Shown: positions 19,176 to 28,899, counted from the first letter of the stretch. The stretch is DNA of 64,000 nt from Chloroflexota bacterium (GCA_028874175.1 JAPPLN010000087.1:6977-70976), one strand, 5' to 3'. The notes: generated by a model from the sequence alone, not told the origin. A program made the numbers and translations.

Positions 19176-20870
19176 CTAGCCAAACTCCTCGGGCTTGATC
19201 GGGTTCGGGCGCTCCTGCCACCAGTTCCGCAGCTCTTGCCACGACTCGTGGGACTGTTCGAGCGCACGATCCGCCGACTTCAGCGTCTGCTCGGTGCCCT
19301 CATCGATGCTGAATTCGCCGAGCAGGATTGCCGATAGATTCTGGATGCGCGGACTTCCGCCGCGCTGCCAGTCGCGCCACGCCGGATGCGCCATCTGCGC
19401 CGACCGCGCGTCCGGCTGGTCGAAGAAGTCCTTCATCATGCCGTGGTTCTCCGGCGGTCCCGCCGCGTATTCCGGCGATGCCAGAACGTCCTTCCTGATC
19501 GGTACCGATCCCCGATCGATACCGACCCGTCCCTGGACTTCCCGGCCGGCAAAGAACAAGCAAACCTCAACGCACGCTTCGATGTTGCCGCGCGTCTCGG
19601 CGGAATTCGTCACCAGGTGCGGCTGCATGGTCAAAGCGTATGGCGCGGGCCCGCGCGGGCCTTCGACCGTTGGCATTCGCGACCACCGAAACCGGTCCTT
19701 GATCCGCGTTGCAAAGGCGCCAACCGATCCCGCCGACCTGACCATCACGCGTCCGGCGGAGAATGGATCCCCAAACTCGCCCGCCAGCTCCCGCGTCTCG
19801 GAAACCGGTGGCGCCACGCCATGTGTATGAATCATGTCATTGACAAGGCGGGTCCCGGCGTCAGCGCCGCTGTCCCACATCGTTGTCCGCAAGCCGTCCG
19901 CCGATCGGTAATGCAGATTGGGGTCGTCGGCCAGCGCCCATCCCCACGAATTCCACATCCCGTACCAGCTCCCGTTCGCGAGAAGCCCCCATTGCTCCTC
20001 TTCGGGGTTGGTCGCCTTTTGGAGTGCCTCCAGGAACTCCGTCTGGATACCCCACCGACCCGGCGTCGGCCACTCGATGCCGGCCTGCTCCATGATGTCA
20101 AGGTTGATGATCTGGGTATTCAGATTGCCCTGGTAGGGCAGACCGAACATGGGGCCTCGAAGGCCATCCAGGTGCCCAATGGGCAAGGTATCGGTAAACG
20201 TCAGATCGTTCGTATCCGGGTAGAAGTAGTAGTCGTGCGGATTGAACGTGTCGAACTTGCGAACGACATCATCGATCTGCATGAAGCCGCCTGACGCCTG
20301 GAAGCGCGACTTGAACCATCCGGACAAGAGCGCCAATTCACCCGCCGTGCCGGCGACCATCTGAATACTGAAGGATTCCTCGTAGGTGTGAGGCTGAGGC
20401 ACAAACTTGATATTGATGTGGGGCACCTTCTGCGCGAATAGATCCAGGCCCCATCCCATCGCGGCGCCGCGCGGACCCGACGTGTGGTCGTGTACGAATA
20501 CCACGGTCACGGGCGGAAGCTGCGCCTCGACCTCGACGACTTTCTCGACGACTTTTTCTACTTCCTTGGTGACAACCTTTTCGACCGGGACTTCGACAAC
20601 CTGCTTGACCTCAACCACCTTCTCGACCGGAACTTCCTCACGGACCACGTTCACGACCTGTTGGGTCACGATTCTCTCGACCTGCTGAGTGACGATCTTC
20701 TCGACCGGGACTTCCTTCACCACCACTCGTTCGACCGGAACTTCCTTTGTAATGATCTTCGGCTCAGTCTCGCCACAGGCCGCAAGCGTCGCCACGCCCG
20801 CCACGCTGATGCCCAGTCCGCCGGCGGTTCGCAGCAGTCGGCGCCGGGTCATATGCGAGTTCGTACCCAT
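19176..20870 (-). CDS. ABC transporter extracellular solute-binding lipoprotein (family 1, sugar-type), Tat signal, long EVPVEK-repeat tether; orphan (no adjacent permeases)
   Basis: MGTNSHMTRRRLLR...LAACG Tat signal plus lipobox. A strong SD (GGAGGGGGAGG) lies upstream of ATG 20870; the track ORF starts 32 codons upstream. Confidence 0.8.
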   Translation of the reverse strand: MGTNSHMTRRRLLRTAGGLGISVAGVATLAACGETEPKIITKEVPVERVVVKEVPVEKIVTQQVERIVTQQVVNVVREEVPVEKVVEVKQVVEVPVEKVVTKEVEKVVEKVVEVEAQLPPVTVVFVHDHTSGPRGAAMGWGLDLFAQKVPHINIKFVPQPHTYEESFSIQMVAGTAGELALLSGWFKSRFQASGGFMQIDDVVRKFDTFNPHDYYFYPDTNDLTFTDTLPIGHLDGLRGPMFGLPYQGNLNTQIINLDIMEQAGIEWPTPGRWGIQTEFLEALQKATNPEEEQWGLLANGSWYGMWNSWGWALADDPNLHYRSADGLRTTMWDSGADAGTRLVNDMIHTHGVAPPVSETRELAGEFGDPFSAGRVMVRSAGSVGAFATRIKDRFRWSRMPTVEGPRGPAPYALTMQPHLVTNSAETRGNIEACVEVCLFFAGREVQGRVGIDRGSVPIRKDVLASPEYAAGPPENHGMMKDFFDQPDARSAQMAHPAWRDWQRGGSPRIQNLSAILLGEFSIDEGTEQTLKSADRALEQSHESWQELRNWWQERPNPIKPEEFG

Positions 20871-21215
20871 GTCGAATACCTCCCCCTCCACGCGCCGCAT
20901 CCGCTCCACGCCGTCCGCCAAATTGCCATGCGGAGTCGAAAAGCTCAGGGACGAATTGTTTCCCATCCGGCGCGACCTCTGAAGTACCTGGTGGCGCCTG
21001 GACGACCCAACACGCGGTACCTGCGCGCCGGGCTTCCTCGTGATGCTCGGTGATCAAGGGTTGGCAAAGTAGCCTCCGCGCCGCTTGACCCGCATCGCCG
21101 TATTCGGGCGTCAAGAAGCGCACCGACCGTCGGCTTCCCTCACAAAGCTCTGTACTCGCTCGGCACGGCAGACTAGAATCCGACGACGAGGCGTAGGCCC
21201 TTCGGCAACGAAACA

Positions 21216-22184
21216 GTGAGCCTCACAGCCGAGCAGCTCGATCACTTCCAGCGTGAAGGCTACGTGGTCGCCAGGGACGTTCTTCTTCCTGGTGAAGACC
21301 TCCAGCCGGTCATCGACGAGTACGCTGAAGTCCTTGATCGGATGGCTCGGCGAATGCACGCCGCTGGCGAGATCCGCACGACCTACGCCGAGTTGCCGTT
21401 TGAGCAGCGCGCGATCGCGATCGTCAAAGACGCTGGCGCCCTTGACCAGCAAGCGTTCGATATCAGCTTTCCGGCCCACAGCGCGCTCAAGCCTGACACC
21501 GGGTTCCACTTTGGGCCCGCCGTCTTTGGCCTGCTCCGCAATCGCCGAATGCTCGATGCGGTCGAGTCAATCCTCGGACCCGAAATCACATCGAATCCCA
21601 TCCAACACGTGCGCATGAAGGTGCCGGAGCACCTGATCGACGCGGACAAGCGCACGAGCCTGAACGCGCAGACCGGCTGGCATCAGGACAACGGGGTCGT
21701 GCAAACCGAGGCGGATAGCTCCGACCTGCTGACCGTCTGGTTTCCACTCACCGAATCAAGCCTGCGGAACGGGTGCTTGATGGTCGTGCCGCGGAGTCAT
21801 GTCGAAGGTCTGCGCGTCCACTGTTCCGATTCGCGCCAGAGCCAGATTCCGACCCAATTGGTTCCCCAGGAACGCGTCCGGCCGCTGCCCATGTCCCCCG
21901 GCGACGTCCTCTTCATGCACCAGCGCTGTATGCACGCCTCGCTGGCCAACGTGAGCGAAGAGATTCGCTGGAGCCTGGATATCCGCTATCACCCGACCGG
22001 CCAGCCATCCGGGCGCGACTATTACCCCAGCTTCGTCGCGCGCAGCCGCGCCAATCCCGACTCCGAGCTACACGACCCCGACGCCTGGCGGCAGAGCTGG
22101 CTTGACGTTCGTGAGCGAATACTCGCGATCAACCAGCCGCTGGGCTCCGATCGCTGGGACGGCACGCACGAACTGTGCGCCTAG
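21216..22184 (+). CDS. PhyH-family Fe(II)/2OG oxygenase, paralog 4 (intact counterpart of the 12635 remnant)
   Basis: WHQDNG His-x-Asp motif and MHQRCMHAS distal His. Confidence 0.75.
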   Translation: MSLTAEQLDHFQREGYVVARDVLLPGEDLQPVIDEYAEVLDRMARRMHAAGEIRTTYAELPFEQRAIAIVKDAGALDQQAFDISFPAHSALKPDTGFHFGPAVFGLLRNRRMLDAVESILGPEITSNPIQHVRMKVPEHLIDADKRTSLNAQTGWHQDNGVVQTEADSSDLLTVWFPLTESSLRNGCLMVVPRSHVEGLRVHCSDSRQSQIPTQLVPQERVRPLPMSPGDVLFMHQRCMHASLANVSEEIRWSLDIRYHPTGQPSGRDYYPSFVARSRANPDSELHDPDAWRQSWLDVRERILAINQPLGSDRWDGTHELCA

Positions 22185-22289
22185 CCGCGCCGACCACTGG
22201 GATCCAAGCCCAATAGGATCCTCAACTCGGAACCTGAAAACGCGGTCTCAATGACTGCAACCGTCTTCGGTCCGCGAGCCGGACCGGCC

Positions 22290-23579
22290 CTAGCGGCCGA
22301 TCAACGCATCCCGCTGGTCCCAGACCTTGTGGAACGCGTCCAGGTACTGGTCGATCAGGGCGGACTGGTCGCCTCGCAGGGCGGCCGCCCCCATCACTTC
22401 CAGTTCGCTCGTGGCGCAGCGGGCTTCGGCCACCGGGCAATCGCCCTGGTGGTATAGGTCAGAGGAGCGGTCGTTGAGCGCCCACGGCATGCCTTCGCCG
22501 TAGAAGTAGTGCCGTTCCTGGAAGCGCGCTCGCAGGTGAATGGGCGTGCGCACATATCCCAGCGTGATCTGCACGCCCTCGGCAGCGACGGCCTCCACGA
22601 AAGCCTCTCGCGTCAATCCATCGGCCTCTTCCGGAACAAATGACGGGCAGTACTTGTGAAAGCAGTGCTCGGCTCCCGGAAGCTCCACCACCGGGCTTAT
22701 GCAGGGGATGTCGCTCAGTCCGTCCGAGAGCCGGTGATGATTCGCGCGCCGCGCCAGGTTCCACTGAGGCAGGAAGTCCAACTGGCGGTTCACGATCACG
22801 GCCGCCATCGGGTGCATGCGGAACGTATACGTCAGGTTGTTCATGTAGCGCGCCACCTCGGGATCCGAGATGTCGCGCTCCTGGCGGCGCTGGTGCGAGC
22901 CGATTTCGACGAGGCGCTGCCACATCGCGGGGTCGTCCGTAACCACGCAGCCGCCGTCGCCGCCGATGATCTGCTTGCCGTTGCCGAAGCTGAAGCAGGC
23001 CAGGTCGCCGAGGGTCCCGACTTCCCGACCGCGGTAGAACGCACCCATGGCCTGGGCGCAGTCTTCGATAACCGGAAGCCCGTGCCTGCGCCCGATCTCG
23101 ACAATTGGATCCATGTCCGCCGGATGGCCATAGATATGGACGACCAGGATGGCCTTGGTTCGCTCCGTAATGGCCGCTTCGACGGCGTCGGGACGCATCG
23201 TGAAGGAGTCCGGGTCGATATCGGCAAACACGGGCGTACCGAGCTGATGCAGGATCGGCGACACCGTTTGCGGCCACGTGTATGGCGACACCACCACTTC
23301 GTCACCCGCGCCCACCCCGACCGCGTACAGCGCCATCTGTATCGCGGCGGTGCATGAGTTACTGGTTACCGCATGCCGGCGACCCAGGTATTCGCTGATG
23401 TGGGCCTCAAGGATGGCAATCGGACCGCCGGCAGGCATCGAATCGAGGTAGCTGACGTCGGTCCGGGAGGTCTCAATGGCCTGGTGCAGGTCACGAATCT
23501 CCGGCTCGCCGATATGCGGCCAGAGCGGACGCTCAAGGGTGACGGCGGGTTTGCCGCCCAGGACGGCCAGTTCACTCAT
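22290..23579 (-). CDS. DegT/DnrJ/EryC1/StrS family PLP-dependent (sugar) aminotransferase
   Basis: Fold-type I aminotransferase with the family's conserved SF.NGK region (CFSFGNGKQI) and an IEDCAQAMGA segment. Confidence 0.8.
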   Translation of the reverse strand: MSELAVLGGKPAVTLERPLWPHIGEPEIRDLHQAIETSRTDVSYLDSMPAGGPIAILEAHISEYLGRRHAVTSNSCTAAIQMALYAVGVGAGDEVVVSPYTWPQTVSPILHQLGTPVFADIDPDSFTMRPDAVEAAITERTKAILVVHIYGHPADMDPIVEIGRRHGLPVIEDCAQAMGAFYRGREVGTLGDLACFSFGNGKQIIGGDGGCVVTDDPAMWQRLVEIGSHQRRQERDISDPEVARYMNNLTYTFRMHPMAAVIVNRQLDFLPQWNLARRANHHRLSDGLSDIPCISPVVELPGAEHCFHKYCPSFVPEEADGLTREAFVEAVAAEGVQITLGYVRTPIHLRARFQERHYFYGEGMPWALNDRSSDLYHQGDCPVAEARCATSELEVMGAAALRGDQSALIDQYLDAFHKVWDQRDALIGR

Positions 23580-23741
23580 CGCGTCCCACCTTTCGGCCGG
23601 CGACCGTTCGTCTTCGAATCATCGCTCACACAATCTTCCGCGCTCGCGTCCATACCGGCAAACGAGCGGGGTGGGTTGGTCCAACTCTGGGAACTTGGTC
23701 AAAGGACCGGCACTCGACAGCTATAGGCGCTCAACCATTGT

Positions 23742-25403
23742 TCACAGGGCAACGGCTGCCGTCCGATGCAGGTTCGAGGTTCCGCTGCGGTAACCCCGTC
23801 CACCAGGCAGGACTTCTATTGTCACCGGACGGCCGAAGAACGGCGAATGGAATGTCTCCTCCACGACGTTGATTTTGTGCCCAAGCGACCGCAGCTCGCG
23901 CAGCACCTTCTCGCCGACTCGGAAGTCGACCCAGGTGTCCCCGGTCTCGCAGTGCACGCGGGGCGCCTCGATCGCCTCCTGCGCGCTCATCCCAAAATCG
24001 ACAACGCCGCAGATCACGTGGACCTGGCAGCTGATGGTTGTGCGGCCGCCGGAGGCGCCGAAGGCCAGGCGCGGCGCACCGTTCCGGCGGAGGACGACAT
24101 TGGGCGCGAACGCCATCACCCGGCGGTTCGGGCGAATCGAGTTCGCTCGGCCGGGCTCCGGATCGAACGAGATCATGGCGTTGTTCAGCACAATCCCCGT
24201 GCCGGGGACGGTGACGCCCGACCCGAACGCACCGCCGTGGGTGACGTTGAAGCTCGCCAGGTTGCCGTCGCTATCGGCGGCGACGATCTGGGTCGTTCCG
24301 GGGTTGTCGATTCCGCGTGAGGCCACACGCTTGCTCGCCGGGCGTTGCTGGACGGTGATGCGCGTCTCATACGGCCATGGGTCGACGGGCTCCATCCGGC
24401 TGCTCGCCCGCCGCATGTCGATGCGGTCAGCAATCTCGGCCGCGTACGCCTTGCTCCAGAGCCCATCGATCGGCGTCGGCATCATCCCTGGATCGGCCAG
24501 GTACTCGAGAACCCCGCTGAACGCGTAGCGCATCGTCTCGATCATGAGGTGCCGATACGCCGGGCTCTCGGGACCAAGGGACGCCAGGTCGAAGTTCTCG
24601 AGGATGTTGAGCATCAGCGGAGCGAAGTAGCCGTCGGCCCAGACAAGTTCGAAGCCCCGATACGTAAACGGGCGCTCCTGGGAATCGAGGCGCACCGGCA
24701 GGTCGCGTAGATCCCGAGCCGTCAGGATCCCGCCCACGGACGCAAGATATTGCTCGACCTGACGCCCCAGGTCACCGCCGTGAAAGACGGCGGCGCCCTC
24801 GTGGGCAATTCGATCCAAGCTTCGCGCGAGGTCGGCTTGGACAATCACGGAGCCCGCCTGATGCGCGCTGCCGGGGCTCGGTGGGACGCTGCGGGGAGCA
24901 AAGATCGCGGCGGTGGCCGGATAGCGCCGTAACTCGTCCAGGTGGCTCCCGATGGTCAGGGCCGTGTAGCCATCGACGGGGAACCCATCTCGCGCGTATG
25001 CGATGGCCGGTTCCAACAGCTGGTCCAGCGGGAGACTGCCGTATGAGTTGAGCACCGCACTCATCCCCGCGAGCGCGCCGGGCGTGGCGATGGAACGCGG
25101 GCCGTGCATGTTGGCGTCGTCCTTGACCTTCCGCCACCGCCCCCATGGGTCAAGCCCCGGCTCAAGCTCGAACATGTCCTCGGTCGCAGCCGCCGGAACT
25201 CCTCGCACCGGGTAGAGCACGGTTGTCTCACCGCTGGCCGCCAGGTGCATCACGCCCTGCACAGTCCCGCCCACCCCGCACATCTCGGGCTCGACCACCC
25301 AGGACGCGAACACGGCGGCCGCCGCCGCGTCGATCGCGTTGCCGCCATCCATCAGAACCTGCGCCCCAACGTCCGCCGACAGGCGGTGGCCGGTACAGAT
25401 CAT
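23742..25403 (-). CDS. ggt: Gamma-glutamyltranspeptidase
   Basis: Autoprocessing Thr region TTQIVAADSDGNLASF and family-wide similarity. Confidence 0.8.
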   Translation of the reverse strand: MICTGHRLSADVGAQVLMDGGNAIDAAAAAVFASWVVEPEMCGVGGTVQGVMHLAASGETTVLYPVRGVPAAATEDMFELEPGLDPWGRWRKVKDDANMHGPRSIATPGALAGMSAVLNSYGSLPLDQLLEPAIAYARDGFPVDGYTALTIGSHLDELRRYPATAAIFAPRSVPPSPGSAHQAGSVIVQADLARSLDRIAHEGAAVFHGGDLGRQVEQYLASVGGILTARDLRDLPVRLDSQERPFTYRGFELVWADGYFAPLMLNILENFDLASLGPESPAYRHLMIETMRYAFSGVLEYLADPGMMPTPIDGLWSKAYAAEIADRIDMRRASSRMEPVDPWPYETRITVQQRPASKRVASRGIDNPGTTQIVAADSDGNLASFNVTHGGAFGSGVTVPGTGIVLNNAMISFDPEPGRANSIRPNRRVMAFAPNVVLRRNGAPRLAFGASGGRTTISCQVHVICGVVDFGMSAQEAIEAPRVHCETGDTWVDFRVGEKVLRELRSLGHKINVVEETFHSPFFGRPVTIEVLPGGRGYRSGTSNLHRTAAVAL

Positions 25404-25554
25404 CCCGACAGACGAACCGACGGCGCTCCTGGAGACGCTGAGCTCGGCTCATCTCACCGGTCGCCTCCGCGGCCGATCGCTACGCCTTCACGCCTGGCAA
25501 CCCACGGCGTGCGTGCGGACTGTAGGGAACCAGCGCTACGTATCGCCGTGCCGC

Positions 25555-26427
25555 CTAGTCCTCAGCCGACAGCAACACCGAGTCCACGTAGAAGAAGCAC
25601 CGCCGGTCGGCATCGGCCTCCACCGCAAAGGCCAGGTTCAACAGATTGGACAGGTTCGACTCGGCCTCGCCCGACACCGGTGGAAAGCCGCGCAAGTCAT
25701 ACACCCGGTCATTGCACTGGAATTCCAGGGAGTGCAGTCCGTCGAGGTCAACCAGCCAGCGCACGTAGTGCCAGTTGATCTTGGTGGCCACCTCGTTGTA
25801 GCAGAGCGGCTGGTAGGCGTCCGGAATGTCCTCGAACTCGTCGGCACGCAGCGCATGCGTCGATCCGGCCGACGCCTTATCGCTGGGGCCGGTCCGCACC
25901 TTGGGACGCATGTATTTCGATCTGGTCTGCCAGACCCGTCGAAGTTCGCCTTCCTGCGAGTTGTGGTAGCGAATGGAGGGAATCGCCCGCCGTCCCCGGT
26001 CCTCGTATCCGTCCTGGAGGTCCATCTGGATGGTGAACGCGCGTAAGTCTTCATCGCCCAACGTGAGCCGCGAGGCTTCCACGGTATAGGTGATGAACGC
26101 CTCAAGCTGAATCACCCCGAGACGCTGCCAGGTCATTCGCTTCACCGCATAGGCGAAGTGCCCGGGTTGGCCGCGCGTCGCCACCTTGAGGGCATACGTG
26201 CCGTCCATCGCCCCGTGCGATCCGATATCGAACATCGGGATCGACGAGAGCATGGGCGCTCGTGTGTCGTCGGAATTCCTGATGTTGTCCAGCGTCTCCT
26301 CGTAGTTGCCCACGAGCTGTGTCCATCCGCACACGCCGTCGTCGAAGTCGTCATACGAAATAATCCGTGGCAGCGGATTGAATTTGCTAAGCGCGGGGTT
26401 TCCGTGGCTCGCGACATGCGAGTTCAT
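25555..26427 (-). CDS. Hypothetical protein (290 aa), no recognisable family
   Basis: Long ORF in operon context with coding-like composition; no motif recognised. Confidence 0.45.
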   Translation of the reverse strand: MNSHVASHGNPALSKFNPLPRIISYDDFDDGVCGWTQLVGNYEETLDNIRNSDDTRAPMLSSIPMFDIGSHGAMDGTYALKVATRGQPGHFAYAVKRMTWQRLGVIQLEAFITYTVEASRLTLGDEDLRAFTIQMDLQDGYEDRGRRAIPSIRYHNSQEGELRRVWQTRSKYMRPKVRTGPSDKASAGSTHALRADEFEDIPDAYQPLCYNEVATKINWHYVRWLVDLDGLHSLEFQCNDRVYDLRGFPPVSGEAESNLSNLLNLAFAVEADADRRCFFYVDSVLLSAED

Positions 26428-26514
26428 CTAAGCAGTCCTCCTGTCGGCGAGTTCTGATCGAATCGGGATGTATCGCATCGGCAAGTCAGTTCCCAGGATG
26501 GCCTCCCGCACGGG

Positions 26515-26847
26515 CTACTTGAGGTCCCACGAGAAGATCACTTTCAGCCCTCCCGTAGCACGTCCGACCACGCGCAGCCAGCTGCCAAAGTGGGCAACGC
26601 TCACAAAGTGCACGCCCGGGTCGAGCGGACCACGCAGGACCGCCCCATGGTCAGCCCAGTGGATCCCGTCCGACGAAATCTGAACACTCAAATCGATCCC
26701 GGGACTCTCGCCTTCGGTCTCCAGCACGTGAAGAAAGCCGATGGCCTCCACCGCCCAGCCGGCCTCATAGGGCTCGACCTCGAAGTCCCCGCGCCACCAC
26801 ACATTCCGCTCGACGACCGCGATATGGCTGCGGCGAATCATGCCCAC
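26515..26847 (-). CDS. Hypothetical protein (110 aa), no recognisable family
   Basis: ORF 7 nt downstream of the permease gene on the same strand. Confidence 0.4.
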   Translation of the reverse strand: MGMIRRSHIAVVERNVWWRGDFEVEPYEAGWAVEAIGFLHVLETEGESPGIDLSVQISSDGIHWADHGAVLRGPLDPGVHFVSVAHFGSWLRVVGRATGGLKVIFSWDLK

Positions 26848-26854
26848 CCCTCCG

Positions 26855-27967
26855 TCATCCCTTGATGCCGGAAAGCGAAATCCCGGCGATGAAGTACCGC
26901 TGGAACAGCAGGAAGAGGATGAAAACCGGCAGCGTGACCAGGACGCCGCCGGCCATCCCGTATTGCCACTGGATCACGCTTTCTCCCTGGACGCTTCGGA
27001 AGCTGGAAAGCCAGATCGACAGCGTATGCAGGTCCACCTTGCGGAGAAAAATCAGCGGCTCGATGAACGCGCCCCATGACCCCTGCAGGCTGAGAATCGC
27101 CACGGCGACCATGGCTGGCGTCGCCTGCGGCAGGACGATGCGCCGCCAGATTGCGAATTCCGACGCCCCATCCACGCGCCCGGCCTCGATCAGCTCATGC
27201 GGAATGGTCAGGAAGTACTGTCGCATGATGAAGATGTACAGCGCGCTGCTTCCCGCCGCGCCAAAGAACTCGGGCACCACCAGCGGCAAATAGGTGTTCT
27301 GGGCCCAGCTTCGCGACTCGAAGAAGATCGTCCAACTGAATACCTGGCCAAGTTGATCCTGCAAGATATAGGTATTGCCGGAGAACAGTACAAACAGCGG
27401 AATGATTCGCACGATAAACGGGACCATGAGGCTGCTGAGCACCAGTAAGAAGAGCAGGTTTCGACCTGGAAACCGCAGCCGCGCAAACCCATAGCCCACA
27501 AATGCCGCTATTCCAACATTGGCAACCAGGTTGAAAACCGTCATCAGACTCGTGTTCTTGAATAGTTGCAAGACATTAAATCGCTCAAACGTAAAAAGGA
27601 AAGGGTAGTTGCCCCACTGCGGCTCACGTGGCAGCAGCAGGTACGGCTCCACTTCATAAGTCTCCGGCAGCGTCTTCAGTGACGTGGAAACCATCCAGAA
27701 TATGGGGATGAGGGCCAGCACGCTGATGCCGATCATCAGCTGATAGCGAATGGCCGAGGCCAGTCGCCGTTGCAGGCGCGGCCCACCCCACCTCGGAATC
27801 CTGGGCGACGCCAACCATGCAAGGCCGGAAATATCCAGGATCCAGTTGGCCGCAATCACAATCGTCCACAGCAGTTCGCCCGACGTCACGCCAAGCGGCG
27901 TTGGCTGATCGCCGATGGCACGTCCGCCGAAGACCACCAAGCCCAGCCAAAGAAGAGTCGCGATCAT
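26855..27967 (-). CDS. Carbohydrate ABC transporter permease (MalG-like) with ~80-aa N-terminal extension containing extra hydrophobic segments
   Basis: RRLASAIRYQLMIGISVLALIPIFWMVSTSLK is typical of the MalG/CUT1 inner-membrane subunit, with the EAA loop region later. The start is uncertain. Confidence 0.75.
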   Translation of the reverse strand: MIATLLWLGLVVFGGRAIGDQPTPLGVTSGELLWTIVIAANWILDISGLAWLASPRIPRWGGPRLQRRLASAIRYQLMIGISVLALIPIFWMVSTSLKTLPETYEVEPYLLLPREPQWGNYPFLFTFERFNVLQLFKNTSLMTVFNLVANVGIAAFVGYGFARLRFPGRNLLFLLVLSSLMVPFIVRIIPLFVLFSGNTYILQDQLGQVFSWTIFFESRSWAQNTYLPLVVPEFFGAAGSSALYIFIMRQYFLTIPHELIEAGRVDGASEFAIWRRIVLPQATPAMVAVAILSLQGSWGAFIEPLIFLRKVDLHTLSIWLSSFRSVQGESVIQWQYGMAGGVLVTLPVFILFLLFQRYFIAGISLSGIKG

Positions 27968-28899
27968 GACTCAGGCTGCTCGTAGTGCACCAGCCGGCGC
28001 GAGACCCAGAACGAGAGGGCTGTGAGACACATGATGATGAAGAAGAGAATGGTGGCAAGAGCCGATGCGTAGCCGAATTCAAACGATACGAATGCTTTTC
28101 GCCACAGGTAGAGCACGTAGAACAGCGTCGAATCCAGCGGTCCTCCCTGCGTCAGCACGAACGCAGTCGTAAAGACCTGGAACGAGTTGATGATCCCGAT
28201 AATGATGACCAGGAAGATCGTCGGTGAGACCAGGGGAATCGTGACGTGGAGCATCTTGCGTAGCGGACCGGCGCCGTCGATTTCCGCGGCTTCGTAGAGA
28301 TGCGGCGGAACGGCCTGTAGGGCGGCCAGGAAGAGAATCATTTGGACGCCAATGCTCGACCAGACGGTGAGAATGACGATCCCAGGCTTGGACCAATACT
28401 CGTCAACCATGAACCGTGGAGTCGGGATTCCCATCGTGTCCTCGAGCAGAAACTTCAGCAATCCAAGCTCCGGTTGCAGCACCCATGCCCAGACAATCGA
28501 GGCGACAACCAGCGGCATGATCGTCGGCAGAAAGTAAAAGGCGCGAAAGATCGATGCCAGGGGCAGCTTGGTATTTACTAGCACGGCCAGCAGAAAACCA
28601 ATTACCACCTGGCACGGTACCAGCAGACCGACGTATATCGCCGTGTTGGCCAACGACTTGAGGAATTTCTCGTCGTCGGTAAATATCTCAACATAGTTTT
28701 CCAAGCCTGCGAATTTAGGAGCTTGGAGAATGTCGTACTCGGTGAACCCCCAGGCGATGATCGCCACCGTGGGCCCCAGGCTGAAAACCACGAACCCCAG
28801 GACCCACGGGGAGATGAAGACGAAGCCCCACACCGCCTCCCGACGGCCGATGGTCCAGCGTGGGGCTCGCACAGCCAGGTTCGGCCGTGCGAGCCTCAC
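27964..28899 (-). CDS. Carbohydrate ABC transporter permease (MalF-like)
   Basis: Binding-protein-dependent transport signature (EAAEIDGAGPLRKMLHVTIPL). Confidence 0.8.
   Translation of the reverse strand: MRLARPNLAVRAPRWTIGRREAVWGFVFISPWVLGFVVFSLGPTVAIIAWGFTEYDILQAPKFAGLENYVEIFTDDEKFLKSLANTAIYVGLLVPCQVVIGFLLAVLVNTKLPLASIFRAFYFLPTIMPLVVASIVWAWVLQPELGLLKFLLEDTMGIPTPRFMVDEYWSKPGIVILTVWSSIGVQMILFLAALQAVPPHLYEAAEIDGAGPLRKMLHVTIPLVSPTIFLVIIIGIINSFQVFTTAFVLTQGGPLDSTLFYVLYLWRKAFVSFEFGYASALATILFFIIMCLTALSFWVSRRLVHYEQPES

Noticed and set aside
19176-20966. N-terminal extensions of the two SBP ORFs (MGNNSSLSFSTPHG... and MWARIKSS...MSFSTPHG...) as real protein sequence
   Set aside because: The conserved region contains an excellent SD (GGAGGGGGAGG) 8-9 nt before the internal ATG that begins the Tat signal (MGTNS or MGKNS ... 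RRRLLR). So the upstream part is 5' UTR, not coding.
26855-27967. Treating the 370-aa MalG-like permease as mis-started, by trimming it to the conserved RRLASAIRY region
   Set aside because: No in-frame start codon near the conserved start. The extra ~80 residues contain two hydrophobic helix-like segments and abut the upstream permease stop directly. So the extension may be genuine, and it was kept as called.
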